Source of the DNA: Saccostrea cucullata | Lineage: Eukaryota | Length of the DNA: 64,000 nt | Assembly: GCF_032062105.1 (NCBI RefSeq) | Contig: NW_026923728.1 | Span: 1-64,000 of the forward strand | Direction: 5' to 3' | Shown: one piece after another, positions 1-12,609 of the stretch | Layout: each line of letters opens with the position of its first letter | Position numbering within the stretch: position 1 is the stretch's first letter | Translations under genes and position numbers: made by a program | The notes under the pieces: model-generated | The model's database searches: none | What the model was told of the DNA's origin: nothing | What the model saw: only the letters and a program-made list of their open reading frames with translations

Positions 1-295
1 ATATACGGTACAATATGAAGTGCAGAAGTGTGTAGTGCCAATTAATGAATACGCCATCAACTCAATACCTAGTGGCTGCAGTAAATTTTGAATTCCATAA
101 TTTATGTACACATACATTTTCCGAACTTGTGGCATAATATTCAGTCTCATCCAAAGAAAAAAATGTTTGTATTATTTGTCCTTAAGGACGTATTTTCTAT
201 ATTGTTTTAATAAATATATATTCGCTCTGCTGTTATTTATGTTAAAAAAATGTTGAATTCAATGTCCAAAACTTTTACTTATGTTTTTCACACAG

Positions 296-2345
296 TCTCT
301 TCAAATGATGCAATTGAACTAAATGGTTGTCCCAAATGCCCTAGGCAGCCATTTGAAGATAAGATTGATCTCTGTGAACCTGAAAACCCTCCACCCTTTC
401 ATGATCTCACAACTCAAGAAATTAAAGCAATTTTCAACTTGATGTTTTCCCAAAGAAAACTAAATTTGACCTTGCAGAGTGAGGCAACATTATCTTCAAA
501 CTATATTTACTCTATGGAATTAATTCTTCCAAAAAAGAAGGAGATTGAATGTAATCCCAATAGCCAATTAAAAAGGGACGCACTGGTCACGGTGTTTCAT
601 GGAGGAAAAAAGAATCCTGTTGTTGCAGAGTACTGTGTACAGCTATTTCCATTACTAGGCTTTTGTGGAATTCCGACATATATTCCATTTTCCTTCAGGC
701 CATTCACAAATCCAGAAACGTCAGCAGCTATTGAAGTTCTCGTGGAGGAGACAAATAGGTTGGCTGGAGATATTTTGTTTGAAAGTTTTGAGGGGTCACT
801 GGTAAACTGTGGAGACAGGTGTCTTGGATTTGAAACAGTGGTTCCTTACTCTGCAATAGCTTCCGGAGTTCGAGATGAAGGTTTCCGGGGTTTTTGGTTT
901 CCTTTCCTTCAAAGACGACGCCCGAGTACCCTAAATCCTGTTGACTTTGTTGTTCTTGTAACTGTTAATGGTACGGCGACACCACAAACTGCTGACGTCT
1001 GGTACAATGGTCAACTGTTTGATTGTCTTCAGTCATTTAGGGAGGCTTGGTTTAGAGGAATGGTGAAAAAACTGCACGTGAGTTTCCCCTCGGATTCACA
1101 TCCATCTGAAGTGTTTCCGCCACATCCACAAAGACCTCCAACACAAGTAGAACCGGACGGAAAACGTTACTCAATCAAGGGCCAGTCAGTTCACTACATG
1201 AATTGGGACTTTCAGTTTGGAGTGTCTCCCACTCATGGTCCCCAGTTGTATCAAATAAAATTTAAAAATGAAATGATCGTTTATCAGTTAGGTCTGTCAG
1301 AGATGACCGTTTTCTATTCATCTTCAGAACCCATTGGTAGATTTGCCAATTTCTTTGATAGTGTCGTTTTGATTGGAAACAACATTCAGACATTAGTTCC
1401 AGACGTTGACTGTCCAAGTCATGCAACTTTTATCGATACAAGATTTATATCGGAAACGTCAGATATGCCAGTAATAAAAAAGAATTCTGTATGCGTGTTC
1501 GAACACAATACTGGAATACCACTGAGAAGACATTATGTAGCAGACGACTTTCCATCTGGCTATTACGAAGGTGCACCTAAAACTGTACTCGTTCTCCGAA
1601 TGATTTTTACTCTTGTTAACTATGATTATATCTACGACTTTATGTTTTACAACAATGGCGCAATGGAGACTAAAGTAACAACATCGGGCATTGACTTGCC
1701 GTCCTACGTCCAAGAGAGCTGTAAATATGGCTTCCAGGTAAATAATCAAGCTACAGGCATGCTTCATCATCATATGTTTAACTTTAAGGTTGATCTTGAC
1801 ATCGGAGGCACAAAAAATAGTTACTCCACTTATGATATACGAGAAGAAAGTGTTCCAAATCAATTCTTAAAAGGAAGATATCCCGAAAAATGGTTTCAGA
1901 CTAAAATAGTTAAAGTCGACTACGCAACGGAGAGGGAAGCCGCTTTCAGGTATAATTTTAGCGAACCCAAATATCATGTGTTCTACAACGAAGATAATAA
2001 GGATAAGTTTGGGAATCCTAAAGCATATCGTCTTCTTGTAAGAGGAGTGTCAAAAAGTCTCTTCAAAGAAGGCGTAGGGAACGAACCAGGCGCATCATGG
2101 ATGAGATATCAATTAGCAGTCACAAAGAGGAAAGAATCTGAACAGTTCAGCAGCTCTAAATATGCCTCTTTTGACGGAGAAGACAGAGTGGTCAATTTTG
2201 AAAACTACATTGGAGATGAACCAATTTTGCAATAACGTTAAATTTGCAACCTCTAAAGTTGAAACGAATTACCTCATCTAATTCAAAATGGTTTTGTTTT
2301 TCTATGCATTAAGGAATCGCCCATATATCTTTTAGACACACTAAA

Positions 2346-2383
<38 letters not shown>

Positions 2384-2917
2384 CTCGACTTAAATGAATA
2401 ATTAATTTCAACGCCTCACTATTGAATCAAACCATCGGTATCGGGATTATCTCCTCATAACTCGACCATAACCTTTGATTTACGCGTGTAACTTACTGAG
2501 TATATAATATAAAGTATTTTCTAATTAATTCATAAGAAGATATAAGAATTGATTTAAAGTACATTCCAAACCATATTGTTTTGATCTTATAGTGTATGTA
2601 ATTTTTTCCTTATATAGGACCTGGTTGCTTGGGTAACCTTAGGTATCCAACACATACCACATACCTCTGAGCTTCCCATTCTGCAAACTGTAGGCGGTGA
2701 CGTCAGCTTCTTCCTTCTGCCTTTCAACTATTTCCCAAAAGATCCAAGTTTTGGGATTCGTGACAGCGTTCAAATTTATTACAATGATCCAAAGGGTCCC
2801 CTGAAGGTGCTCTCAAACATGAAGGAGGTTGACTGTGTACCGACTCGTACGTACACTGCGGAGGACCTAGCGGCAGATCCTGAAGAGTTCTTACAGCGAC
2901 CTACGTGTGAAAAGTGA
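296..2917 (+). CDS. Copper amine oxidase (TPQ-dependent, AOC1/AOC3-like), copy 1; 5' exons outside window; probably truncated at 2235 by loss of last splice donor
   Basis: Large exon 296-2232 (acceptor cacag at 291-295, phase 1) inside the 661-aa ORF. It has the TPQ motif TLVNYDY, Cu ligands in LHHHMF and catalytic-base region FFDSVV. Terminal exon 2618-2917 (tatag|GAC CTG GTT GCT TGG...AAG TGA) encodes DLVAWVTLGIQHIPHTSELP...LPFNYFPKDP with the third Cu-binding His. The junction reads CAA TAA where the paralogue reads CAA GAG|gtaacg. Confidence 0.9.
2349..2378. repeat. (GA)n microsatellite in last intron of copy 1
   Basis: About 15 GA units; absent from the homologous intron of copy 2 (around 30070). 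Confidence 0.95.
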
Positions 2918-3622
2918 ATGATTATCTAAAATGGACAAATATGTGATCTACATGTGAAAAAGCAATGAAACAAAACCTTTTTAAAAACATACAATCAAAA
3001 GCAATTGTTTTTCCAATAAAAAAAGAAAGAATAATGAGAATCATAGCAAGTACTGCTTTTTTGTTTGGTTGTACAGTTACGGCCATCAGTGAGTCATAAT
3101 TTATATTTTTACCTCTTAATTCATTGAAAAATGCATTTTTTTATAATACTATTGCAGTGTTTATTGTCGCTATGTTTTTTTACCATAACGCCATTAAATG
3201 CATAATAGAATATTTTGTAGTATCTTCACATTATTTCAAAATGATTTTATCTTTTGGTATAACAGTGAAATCACAGGTCCAGTTCAAAATAAAAAAAAAA
3301 TAAGACATCAATTTGTTAAGAAATCATAGTTATTTGAGGTCAAAAATGTTTGTCTTGAAAAGTTTATAATTTATTCATAATGATTTGAGTATCATTTTGT
3401 TTATTAATTTAAGACAAAACAATTGAATAATTCTGCATAATTCACTGAAAAAAAATCATGAAAATTGAGCTAAAATTGACTTCACAACAACTTTTTTTTT
3501 ATAATAAATGGTTTTTCAATGAAATCTATAGCGTAAAAGTGCAATTATGACTCAATTATGGCCACACACTGTGCATTTTATGTCCACCCTAAAAAAAATC
3601 GTATAAAAATCAGCGTACCTTG

Positions 3623-4163
3623 TAGCTGCAGAAATATAATGTTATGGTTTTATTATATACTAGTCTTTGACCATAACGCTACAGATCCCCAAATGCAAAA
3701 AATGTGCAATTTACGGCGCAATATTTTTGCGCTCTGTTAGGGAGAATTACTTCACTTTTCATCGTTGGTGAATCATTTACCTTTCTCTTAATTTCAGATA
3801 CATTCTTAAACCATTTTGTATATATTATCCACATCTTAACCCTTTATAGTTGCCTCTATAGGCGATGAACTGACTTGATTTGAATTATGTGAGAAATTGC
3901 AGAAAATTTTAATTCAACCGAGCTTATCGCTTGTGGAGACGTTTATTAAGGGTTCGTATAAAATATATAGATCTTTTTTTAAAATGTGTCTAGAATTATG
4001 GAGGGAAAAGTAGATGATTTATTAAGGTTGGAAAATGGTGAAATTCTCCCAAATATTGCGCAAAAATTTTGCGCCGTAAAATGCACTTTTTTGTATTACG
4101 GGATCTGTAGCCTTATGTTCACAGAATAATATATAAAACCATAACGTTACAGTTCTGCAGCTA
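3623..4163. mobile_element. Foldback MITE with ~130-bp TIRs and 9-bp TSD (Mutator-like)
   Basis: Termini TAGCTGCAGAA...TTCTGCAGCTA; imperfect arms about 3623-3750 and 4042-4163; CGTACCTTG at 3614-3622 and 4164-4172. Confidence 0.8.
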
Positions 4164-7085
4164 CGTACCTTGCAGCCCTGCCAGCATGGTTTTTTTTTTT
4201 TAAATTAAATTTTGAAAAAAGAAAATGCTTATGACCAAAAGTTATTTGAGTAAGCTGAAAATTACTTTCTAATAAAAAAAAATGGAAAAAAAGAAAAAAA
4301 ATAATGACTTTAAATGATACATTTAATATCTCTCAAAATCAAACTTTGACGGAAAATTCTTTCATTATGTTCAGACCAAAAAAAATATATATACGAGGGT
4401 GGTCCAAAAAGTTCGTGGACAATCGCGTTTTTGTTAAAATAAATGGTTCTATATATATCTTATGTATCACAAAATATTTCAGATGAAAAAAAAAATTCAT
4501 TTTTATTAATGGAACTTTGTATTTTTGTAAAAAAAAAAAGTCGGGGTCTTTAAAGGCCGCGGAGAGTGCGCACGGATCAGTCTGAGGTTAAGCTAATTTC
4601 ATTATATCGTCAAACATTTGGATTTTGAAGTTTTTTATGCATGTTCATGGATATACACAGTATTTTACGAGCGTCATCATATAAACAATAGTCCGATGCT
4701 GCGCTAGATTTATAACAATGTCATGAGTAGATATATCCATTTTTATCAAACAATATATGTTTTCAAATCCTTGTAGTGTCTTCGAATTGTACGCACCGTT
4801 GAAAAATCGTATATACCAATCTCAAATCAATAAACAAAATATATTCAAATAATTTTTTGTTGTTCGAACAAATATTTGGCTCTGACGTCGTTTCAACCGT
4901 ATTAAAACATAATTTTTTGATCGGACGCTCTCCCGTTTGGTTTTGGACGGCTGACGTCGCTTTTTCTGTCGAGTTTTGACACATTTTTGTTAGGGTTTCG
5001 TTTAGTATTTTCACTGTCTATATAGTAATCGAAAACTTTCACGAAAAAAATCCCTAAAGACGCTTAAGATAGATACACTATCAAAGAGGCCAGACCAAGG
5101 GCTTAACGCTATTCGCATTAACAAACCTTTTTGTATGAATTCATTAAATTGCTAACACTTTAAGAACACTGAAATATAAATGAAATGTCCCTGAGAGCTG
5201 CCTAAATAATTACTGAGAGATAAGTTAGTATTTATACATATAAAAGACGGTTATAGGACCTCAAAATTTGTAAGTGTTGACACTAAAGTGAACAAAGATG
5301 ACTATCTGATCGCTAAAAGATAGCTAAAATGTCTCTGAAAGGTAACCTAGCGCTAATCATGACTGAATGGTCATTGTAAGGTAATGTTTGAAAAGTCATT
5401 GAAAATGTTTCTGAAAGTAACTTTTCAATGTCAACTCAATAGACTAAGTTCCTTCACAGATTCCCTCTGACACCAACATGTAAGTCAGTGGATCAATCTT
5501 AAGACCAATTGTTTGCCATTTTAGTTTTTCCTTCCAACTAAAATTTAAATAAATATCTTACGAATGCTGAGAGTACAACAGAACATAAAGAATCTTTTGA
5601 TTAAGCTATTTACTTTTCATAAGCTTGGTATCTTGATTAAGATAATCTTAAACTGATTTAATTAGCTCTTTAGCTTAAACAAGGTATTAAAAAAGATTGA
5701 TTAGGTATTTCATAATATTATTTGTGAAATGTATGGATTTTAACACAATCGTCATTTGAAATTACACTTATTCATTTTCACTTTTGAACTCTTCGAAAAA
5801 CAATGCATGGAATGTTTTTTTTTCAAAAGAGCCAAAAGACATGGAGAAAATTTCTGTATCAAATTTTTAGTTCCTTTCAGAGCATTTGATAAATGCAATC
5901 GAATGTAATTACGTTACCTTTACAGATTTTATGAAGCCGACGATTTCTGACTCAACAATTATTTCTTGAATGAAATGAAATGAAATAAGAATGAATTTTA
6001 CTTCTGAATAACTGAATAATATAATTGATCAGTGAAATTAGAGTTACTGAAAAGGTCTCAAAATCGCCTTTTAATACCAATGATAATCTACAAGACAAGC
6101 TGTGCGTATTTTTAAAAGTTAAACTATTTTTAACGAAAGTGACTTCCATCAGCCAAGTTCATCTATTCACATTATACTAGACAATTATTTAAAATGTAGT
6201 GCTTCATCGGTGTGACACGAGGTTTTTGATTTTTGACGGTTTATTAATCACCATCGCATCTGTCACCATCAGGAACTTATCTGCATATCTCTTGCTCATA
6301 TTAAATAATTAATGAGAAGATTAGCATATCACCCAGATTTTTCTTGCATTTATATGATACAATAGGTAATTCAAAGGAAATCGCACTGCAATTTTTGTCA
6401 TCTTTAAGGAAGTGCCAGTATCTAATGATTTCCGTTTTATTGTTTGGATTCTGGTATAAAAAAATGCTACGTTATTCAGTTGAAGAATTGTATCGCTGTT
6501 TAAATTATTTAGGACATTTCTTCTTAATTTGATTTTTATCCTCATTATAACCTCACGATATCATTTAGTATAAGAGTGTCAGTTGTGTTTCTGAGAATTT
6601 GAATTACATAACAGGTAAAAGCTTATGTTTGTAAGGCTCATTATCATAATTACATTGAAGAGGAACTTATCTATTTATTTCTACAACTTTCAAATTAATA
6701 GTTCTCATTCTGATTAAGAAAGTCATTAAGATCATGCTACAGTTTTAACTACAGTGTATTTATATTATTTCCAACACTCAAAGTGAATTTAAATTATCAT
6801 GCCTATACTTAAAGCTTGATTCCTAAATTCCACAAACATCAATACAAACTGATATACAGTTAATGTTCTACCAAGTTTCTTTCTTTATTCCTAACAAATA
6901 TATTAACTGCAGCGTAGGAAAAAAATTCGACAGCACTGAAAAACAACATATTTGAAAAGAGGTGTTCGTCAAATGTGGATATTGAAGAATTTAAAGCAAC
7001 TTTAAGAAAAGAAGAAATCACAGAGTTTCATAGACTTCATAAAGCAATTCTCCATGATATATGAAGTCCATGATATATAAAGTCC

Positions 7086-8290
7086 ATAAAACAATACAAA
7101 AAAGCAGCAGAGAAGACACGGACCTCCAAAAAATCAGAGATGGGATCAGGTGCCATGAAGAAGTGAGCATTCCCTGCCGACCAGTCAAACGCGCTGTGTG
7201 CTCCTTGTCATGATAGGGAAATAATTCAAAAACCCATCGTCAATTCAGTGCTTTAATATGAACTTACAATAAGTATGAAAACGTCAGTCAGCATTTGACT
7301 CAATGAAAATTTGTACTTGCTGACAATGTCATTGTATCGACCACACAACTTGCGAAATGATGATTTTTAACGAGACTGCTGATATTCATGTTTCATCAAC
7401 TTCTTTGTCAATAATTTACCTCGTTTTAGATATTGATCAGGTAAATATAGGCTTTTTTACATCAGACACAACGGTGCTTTCTCAATTAAAAAGAACTAAA
7501 TTTACAAACCTTGTAATCGATCAAATGAAAATTTGTGGCGTTGCAAAACACTGCAGTTGTACACAAAAACCCTCCAAAGTTGAAAAAAATATATATAAAT
7601 TTTCCATTCCCTGTTGAAATCAGACCAATTTTTGTATCGGCATGAAGCAGAATTTATTCGAAACCGTACATGTATGATAATAGGGTTCCTGTAATTGCCT
7701 TCATTTAGATATATCAATGATGTTTTATCAATGAACAATTTTCAGTTTCATTCCAATGTTAATTTATATAATTGTTTCGTTGAGCTCAAAAATAAAAGAT
7801 TTCACAAAATCTGACAAATCTCTTCCAAATCTGGATACCGGCATTTTACTAGAAAAAGAAGTCATTTGTCACCTAACTTATATATGTCGACTACTTTCTT
7901 TCCATGCTAATTTTCCATGCTAATTTTCTATGCTAATTTTCCATGCTAATTTTCATGCCTGCCCTGATTGGATAGGTCACATTTAACTCAAAATCATACA
8001 CCGTAGAGTCTAAGGCATCTCTTTAATATTTGGATATTTTACCAGAGAAAGTTCTTAATAGCAAACTGACAACGAAACAGGAAGAAAAACGTGACGATTT
8101 CAACTTCTATCACCAATCCCCTTGTTTATTTCACAGTATACCATTATAACCTGCATATGGGGGTTACGCACTCGATACATAAGCGCATGTCCTACATCGA
8201 TGTATTAAAGGATTAAAACAACCTTTTGACAAATAAGATGACGATTCAGGGATATAAAAAGTATTGTTAAATATAAAGTGTAAAATCAAT
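7086..8290. mobile_element. Degenerate Penelope-like retroelement fragments
   Basis: Decayed + strand RT-like motifs: YINDVLSMN near 7709 (cf. YIDDVLS), KRDDFNF near 8087, PAYG near 8150. Interrupted by stops and a (TTTTCCATGCTAA)n repeat at about 7897-7955. The 7086-7630 part is recognised only by resemblance. Confidence 0.5.
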
Positions 8291-9682
8291 ACAGCGACAT
8301 TTCTATTAGAAGAAAAACATGCTTAGAAGTCAAGTAAAGTCAAGTAAATTTTATTCATAGTCGGCACATATATACAAAACAACAGAAATAACATGAGCTG
8401 AGATGAGCTCTTTAACCGACTTTAAAAAGAAAAGTGAAAATATACAAAAAAAATCTTCACCAAAAATACATTCTACCTATTCTTGTTACATGTAACCACG
8501 TGACTCTAGCAACTTAAGCAAGAACTTAAGAAGACAAGTTTTCGATATAGTCAAAATGCTTTAAACTATACAGCGCATTGATGAACGTTTGCATCTTTGT
8601 TTTTAGAAACTACAGAGGTAAAGTCGATTAGGATTTTAAAACACCATTCCCTTTACTATGCACTGTAGGAAAGCGGCTGACCGTAGTATATATTACGGTC
8701 ATCAAAACATGTCGGCCGAGCCGATCGATTGAAATTTTTCATTCAAGATTTAAAACATCTGTTAACATATATGTGTAAATTCCAATGAAAATTGAATGTA
8801 AGCTAATGAAAACTTGCTATTGATTATTAAAACTTACTTGAACTTATGGAAATAAAGCTGTAGTACGACCTCAAAGTTTTTGAGAATGATGACCGTAACA
8901 AAATATTAAGATGACCGTGATATGATTTTTTTAATATGAACTGGGATGACCGTAATATTCCGAATTTAATTTGTTTTCTTTCCTGTTATAGAAGCAGATA
9001 TACATGTATGGAGTTCTTTGGACAAAAACATAAATATAATTTTCAAACAAACAAAATATTTCTAACCATTTGCCAACCTTAATTCTGAAACAAAACTTTT
9101 AATTGTTGAAATGTTTATTGAAAGGTTGTCAACTCCCCCTTTTTTGTTGCAACATAGCAAAATCGGAATAATCTGGTGCTTTGAGAATAAGGGATGACTG
9201 CACTTAAGGAAATGCGAAATTTACGTCAAAATAATCTTTCAAAACAGACATTTTTCTTTTAATTGCAGGCAGGATCATCATCTAGTCTACAACTTTACTT
9301 ATTAAAAATTAACAAAAGTATGTATTTGCGATGTAGATATCTCTTTTCTAAGGCAGGTGCCATCACAATTTCTTCAATCTCCGTGCGATAACGAGGACGC
9401 CTGGAAGTTCTTTTTTACTGACTTTATACACAGTCAGCGCATGTTTGTCTTTTGTGTTATAGCTTTTTTTCACAGAAGTTGTATATTTGCATTTATTTAG
9501 TACTATGATACTCTCATGTAATTTAGTTGAATCTAATTGGTCGAGAAACATTTCATTTGTTAAAAACACAGTGCTTGACGACGGGTGGTATTCCAAAAAA
9601 TAGCGACTGCGCAGAATTTATGCGCGCACGGTTCACTGTTATATGTATTTGTATTTAAAAAAATCAGTATAATATAATAAAT

Positions 9683-9813
9683 ATTGCATGTAGTTGAATG
9701 TAACATTGAAAATTTTCACCCCTCGAAAACCATTGCCAACCTCGGCTGCGACTCGGTTGACAATGGTTTTCTTGGGGTGAAAATTTTCAATGTTACACTC
9801 AACTACATGCAAT
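9683..9813. mobile_element. Palindromic hairpin MITE nested in the 4.5-kb element
   Basis: About 60-bp imperfect arms ATTGCATGTAGTTGAATGTAACATTGAAAATTTTCACCCC / GGGGTGAAAATTTTCAATGTTACACTCAACTACATGCAAT. Confidence 0.75.
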
Positions 9814-11418
9814 TATATTTATATAATGTTGTGTTAATAGACAATCATGCGCTCGTGGTTTAAGGAGGCTGGTGGGTCAACAAATTAATCCCAAATTAAC
9901 CACCAGATTTAACTTATTTTTTTTAGATACGGTATCTTTTAAGCTGTCAACTATCATTTGACAAAGAAAAAATTCAAAGATTTTAGTTTTAAAATTTGAT
10001 CATTTTTGAATATCTTCTATGGAGCTCTCCTTTTAAAGGAGATTGAAATAGTCTAAAAATGGCTGCCACCCTCCAGCCTCGTTAAAAAGAAAAAAACTGC
10101 TTTTTCTTACACTCGCTCTTTCTGATGTAAACCAAAGTTTTCGACACGTTGAATAATTTATACATGTAATTCACCACGTGATATATTTCCTTAGGTACTA
10201 GTAATTTTCACGGGCTTTTTATTGGGGTTTGGACCTCCCTTCCATTTTTTTTTTTTTTAAATCTAGGATCAAGTTTTGTTTTTCTATTTTTGTATTCTTA
10301 TATGCACTATATGTTATTGATAATGCTGTAAGTATAGAAACTTTGGTTTTTATAAGCTGTTTCAAAATCTATCGTTTTTCGACTGATGTTCTCCTTTTAT
10401 GCATCAGTCGAGAACGATTTATTTAAAAAACGGTTTATAGAGACGAAAGGGTTACATTATCGATAATATATAGTGCATATTAGAATACGAAAGTAAGTAA
10501 AAGGTGAACTGATTCCAGATTTAAAAAATTGGAAAGGGGGGTCACCCCAAGTTCCAGTGGTAAATTTGTGAATACTAATTTGTGACTTACATGTAGCATG
10601 GTTTGTACTAACTGTGCCCGAACACGTTAAAAAGTCATCCAACAGTTTAAAATATTCTTTACTTACTAAGTACATGGATGGGCTCATACGTTTTAAGTCT
10701 TAGTTAATAATCATTATGTAAATAATTGTGCTATACAGAATAAAAAGGAAGATGGAAAATAGAGATCTCGTACTTTTTTAATACTGAGTACGTCATTGTT
10801 ATTCATCCAGTCTAATTTTACATCCATTCTTACGATATTAGCTCCACCTCTCATGCAATCGGCAATCCTCGGCTGATTCCGCTTCGCTCCATTCAGATGT
10901 TATGTGCGAGGTACGAGTCATCCAACGAACTCCGTGTGCCTCTCAATATATATAATAACATAATTATAATATTCAATCAAGGCAGATAACTGTAAATTAC
11001 CTGTATTTGGAAAACCGTAAGGACAAAAAACATGGTCCAAGTTACAGTTTAAAATTATTTTTAACATTAAAATTGGGTGTCTAATCGACAGACCGCTGTA
11101 GTTAATGTAAAAAGTGAAAAGAGGCTAAGATGTAAGAGGACAGTAGCGACCAAAAAGACTCAAAACATTATGTACAGTCATCCTTTGATTGTGAAAGAAG
11201 TTAAAACTTAACTCACCCTTCCCTCCCAAATGCACGCACATACATACACACCCATAAGTCCACATTCACGATACAGGAATTTAGAGTTTGGACAATTTTT
11301 TTCTTTTTTGCTCGTCAAACTTTAAAAGCCAATTTGTCGTTGTCTTTAACCACCATCCTCTTTCAAAAAAGATTTTGGCGAGCCATTTAGTTTGTTTTCC
11401 AAAGTATCAACTTGATTA

Positions 11419-12397
11419 CCGGTCTTTTAGAGTAGGATATCCCCCTAAAATTTTTTCCCCGGAAAACTGGCTCTAAAGTAGACTCCCCCCCCCCCCTCCC
11501 CCGGAAAACTGGCTGTAGAGAAGGATTTCCCCCCAGGAAAACTGGCTCTAGAGTAGGATTTCCCATACGGAAATCTCACAGTAGAGTCAATTTTCCTGGG
11601 GGGGGGGGGGGTCCTACTCTGTATAGTAGTTATAGAGTGCGATTTCCCCCAGGGTCAATGTAATATAATTTAAGGACAGATGATACAAATAAACTTGAAA
11701 ATTACAATTCAAGTCCTATTTTGATAAGTAAAATGAAAGTTAAATTTTCATTAAAAGTTTATTGAGAAAGGATTTAAGCATCTTCGCTAGCCAAGGGTTT
11801 CCGATCCGAAATCTACTCTACAACCCTTGGGTTGTAGAGTAGATTTCGGATCGGAAACCCTTGGCTAGCGAAGATGGGATTTAAGGAGATTTAATATGAC
11901 AAGAAAAATTGTATAGATTAATAAGTATGGTTACAGAAAGGTGGAAATTTGAACATCATAGTAAGTTAACATTTTTTTAATATTTTAAGAAGATTATTGT
12001 AATCATTTACAACCAAAATAGGTCCAAAAATATATAACAATCTAGACATCCATTTTTGTTTTTTTCATCATATTTTGAGAATATTTACATTTCATTTGAA
12101 AGCTGGATATTTTGGTTGTGATTCCATGATTTGCCTTACAACATAAGTAAAAAAAAAATCCCACTCATTTACCTTTTAAAAATCAGTTTGTCGTTTATCT
12201 TTTTTTCACAAAAATATTGCGGCTGTGGTTTGTATTGACTCTATAACGAGGGGGGGTTGGGGGGTCCTACTCTGAGAAAGAAAGAGGGGGAAGTTTGGCT
12301 CTGGTGTGATATTTCCCCTCGGAGGAAAATCCTACTCTAGAGTACGATTTCCGGGGGGAAAACAGGCTATGGAGGAAATCCTACTCTACAACACCGG
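11419..12397. mobile_element. TA-flanked TIR element with AGAGTAGGATTTCCCC subterminal repeats
   Basis: TA|CCGGTCTTTTAGAGTAGGA...TCCTACTCTACAACACCGG|TA; AGAGTAG/CTACTCT motifs reiterated at both ends. Confidence 0.75.
11779..11876. mobile_element. 98-bp perfect palindromic MITE with 9-bp TSD
   Basis: Two perfectly complementary 48-bp arms around a TT loop; GGATTTAAG at 11770-11778 and 11877-11885. Confidence 0.92.
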
Positions 12398-12408
12398 TAA
12401 TATACTAG

Positions 12409-12609
12409 TACTGTAAATCACTTTTTATTCGCGATAACTTTATTTTCGCGTAATTACGCGAGACAGTGTGCTCGCGAATATGTAATTCTAGCATTCCTTA
12501 AGATGATATAGAGCAATAGCCCAATTTGTGAAAATTCTGTCTCGCTAATCAAGAGTCAACGACTATCTCGCGAAAATAAGGTGTCGCGAAAATTTAGTGA
12601 TCTATAGTA
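12409..12609. mobile_element. TA-flanked Tc1/mariner-type MITE
   Basis: TACTGTAAATCACTTTTTATTCGCGA...TCGCGAAAATTTAGTGATCTATAGTA imperfect TIRs. Confidence 0.65.

Noticed and set aside
2-80. Possible upstream exon of copy 1 (YTVQYEVQKC...SGC, phase-1 donor at 81)
   Set aside because: Phase fits, but there is no similarity to the copy 2 exons, the donor is weak and the region may be part of a small MITE; cannot be supported.
250-295. ORF-track start MLNSMSK as the true N-terminus of copy 1
   Set aside because: It lies in the polypyrimidine/acceptor region; the paralogue is spliced at the equivalent position in the same phase.
1459-1863. 134-aa minus-strand ORF
   Set aside because: Antisense to the amine oxidase exon; no recognisable motif.
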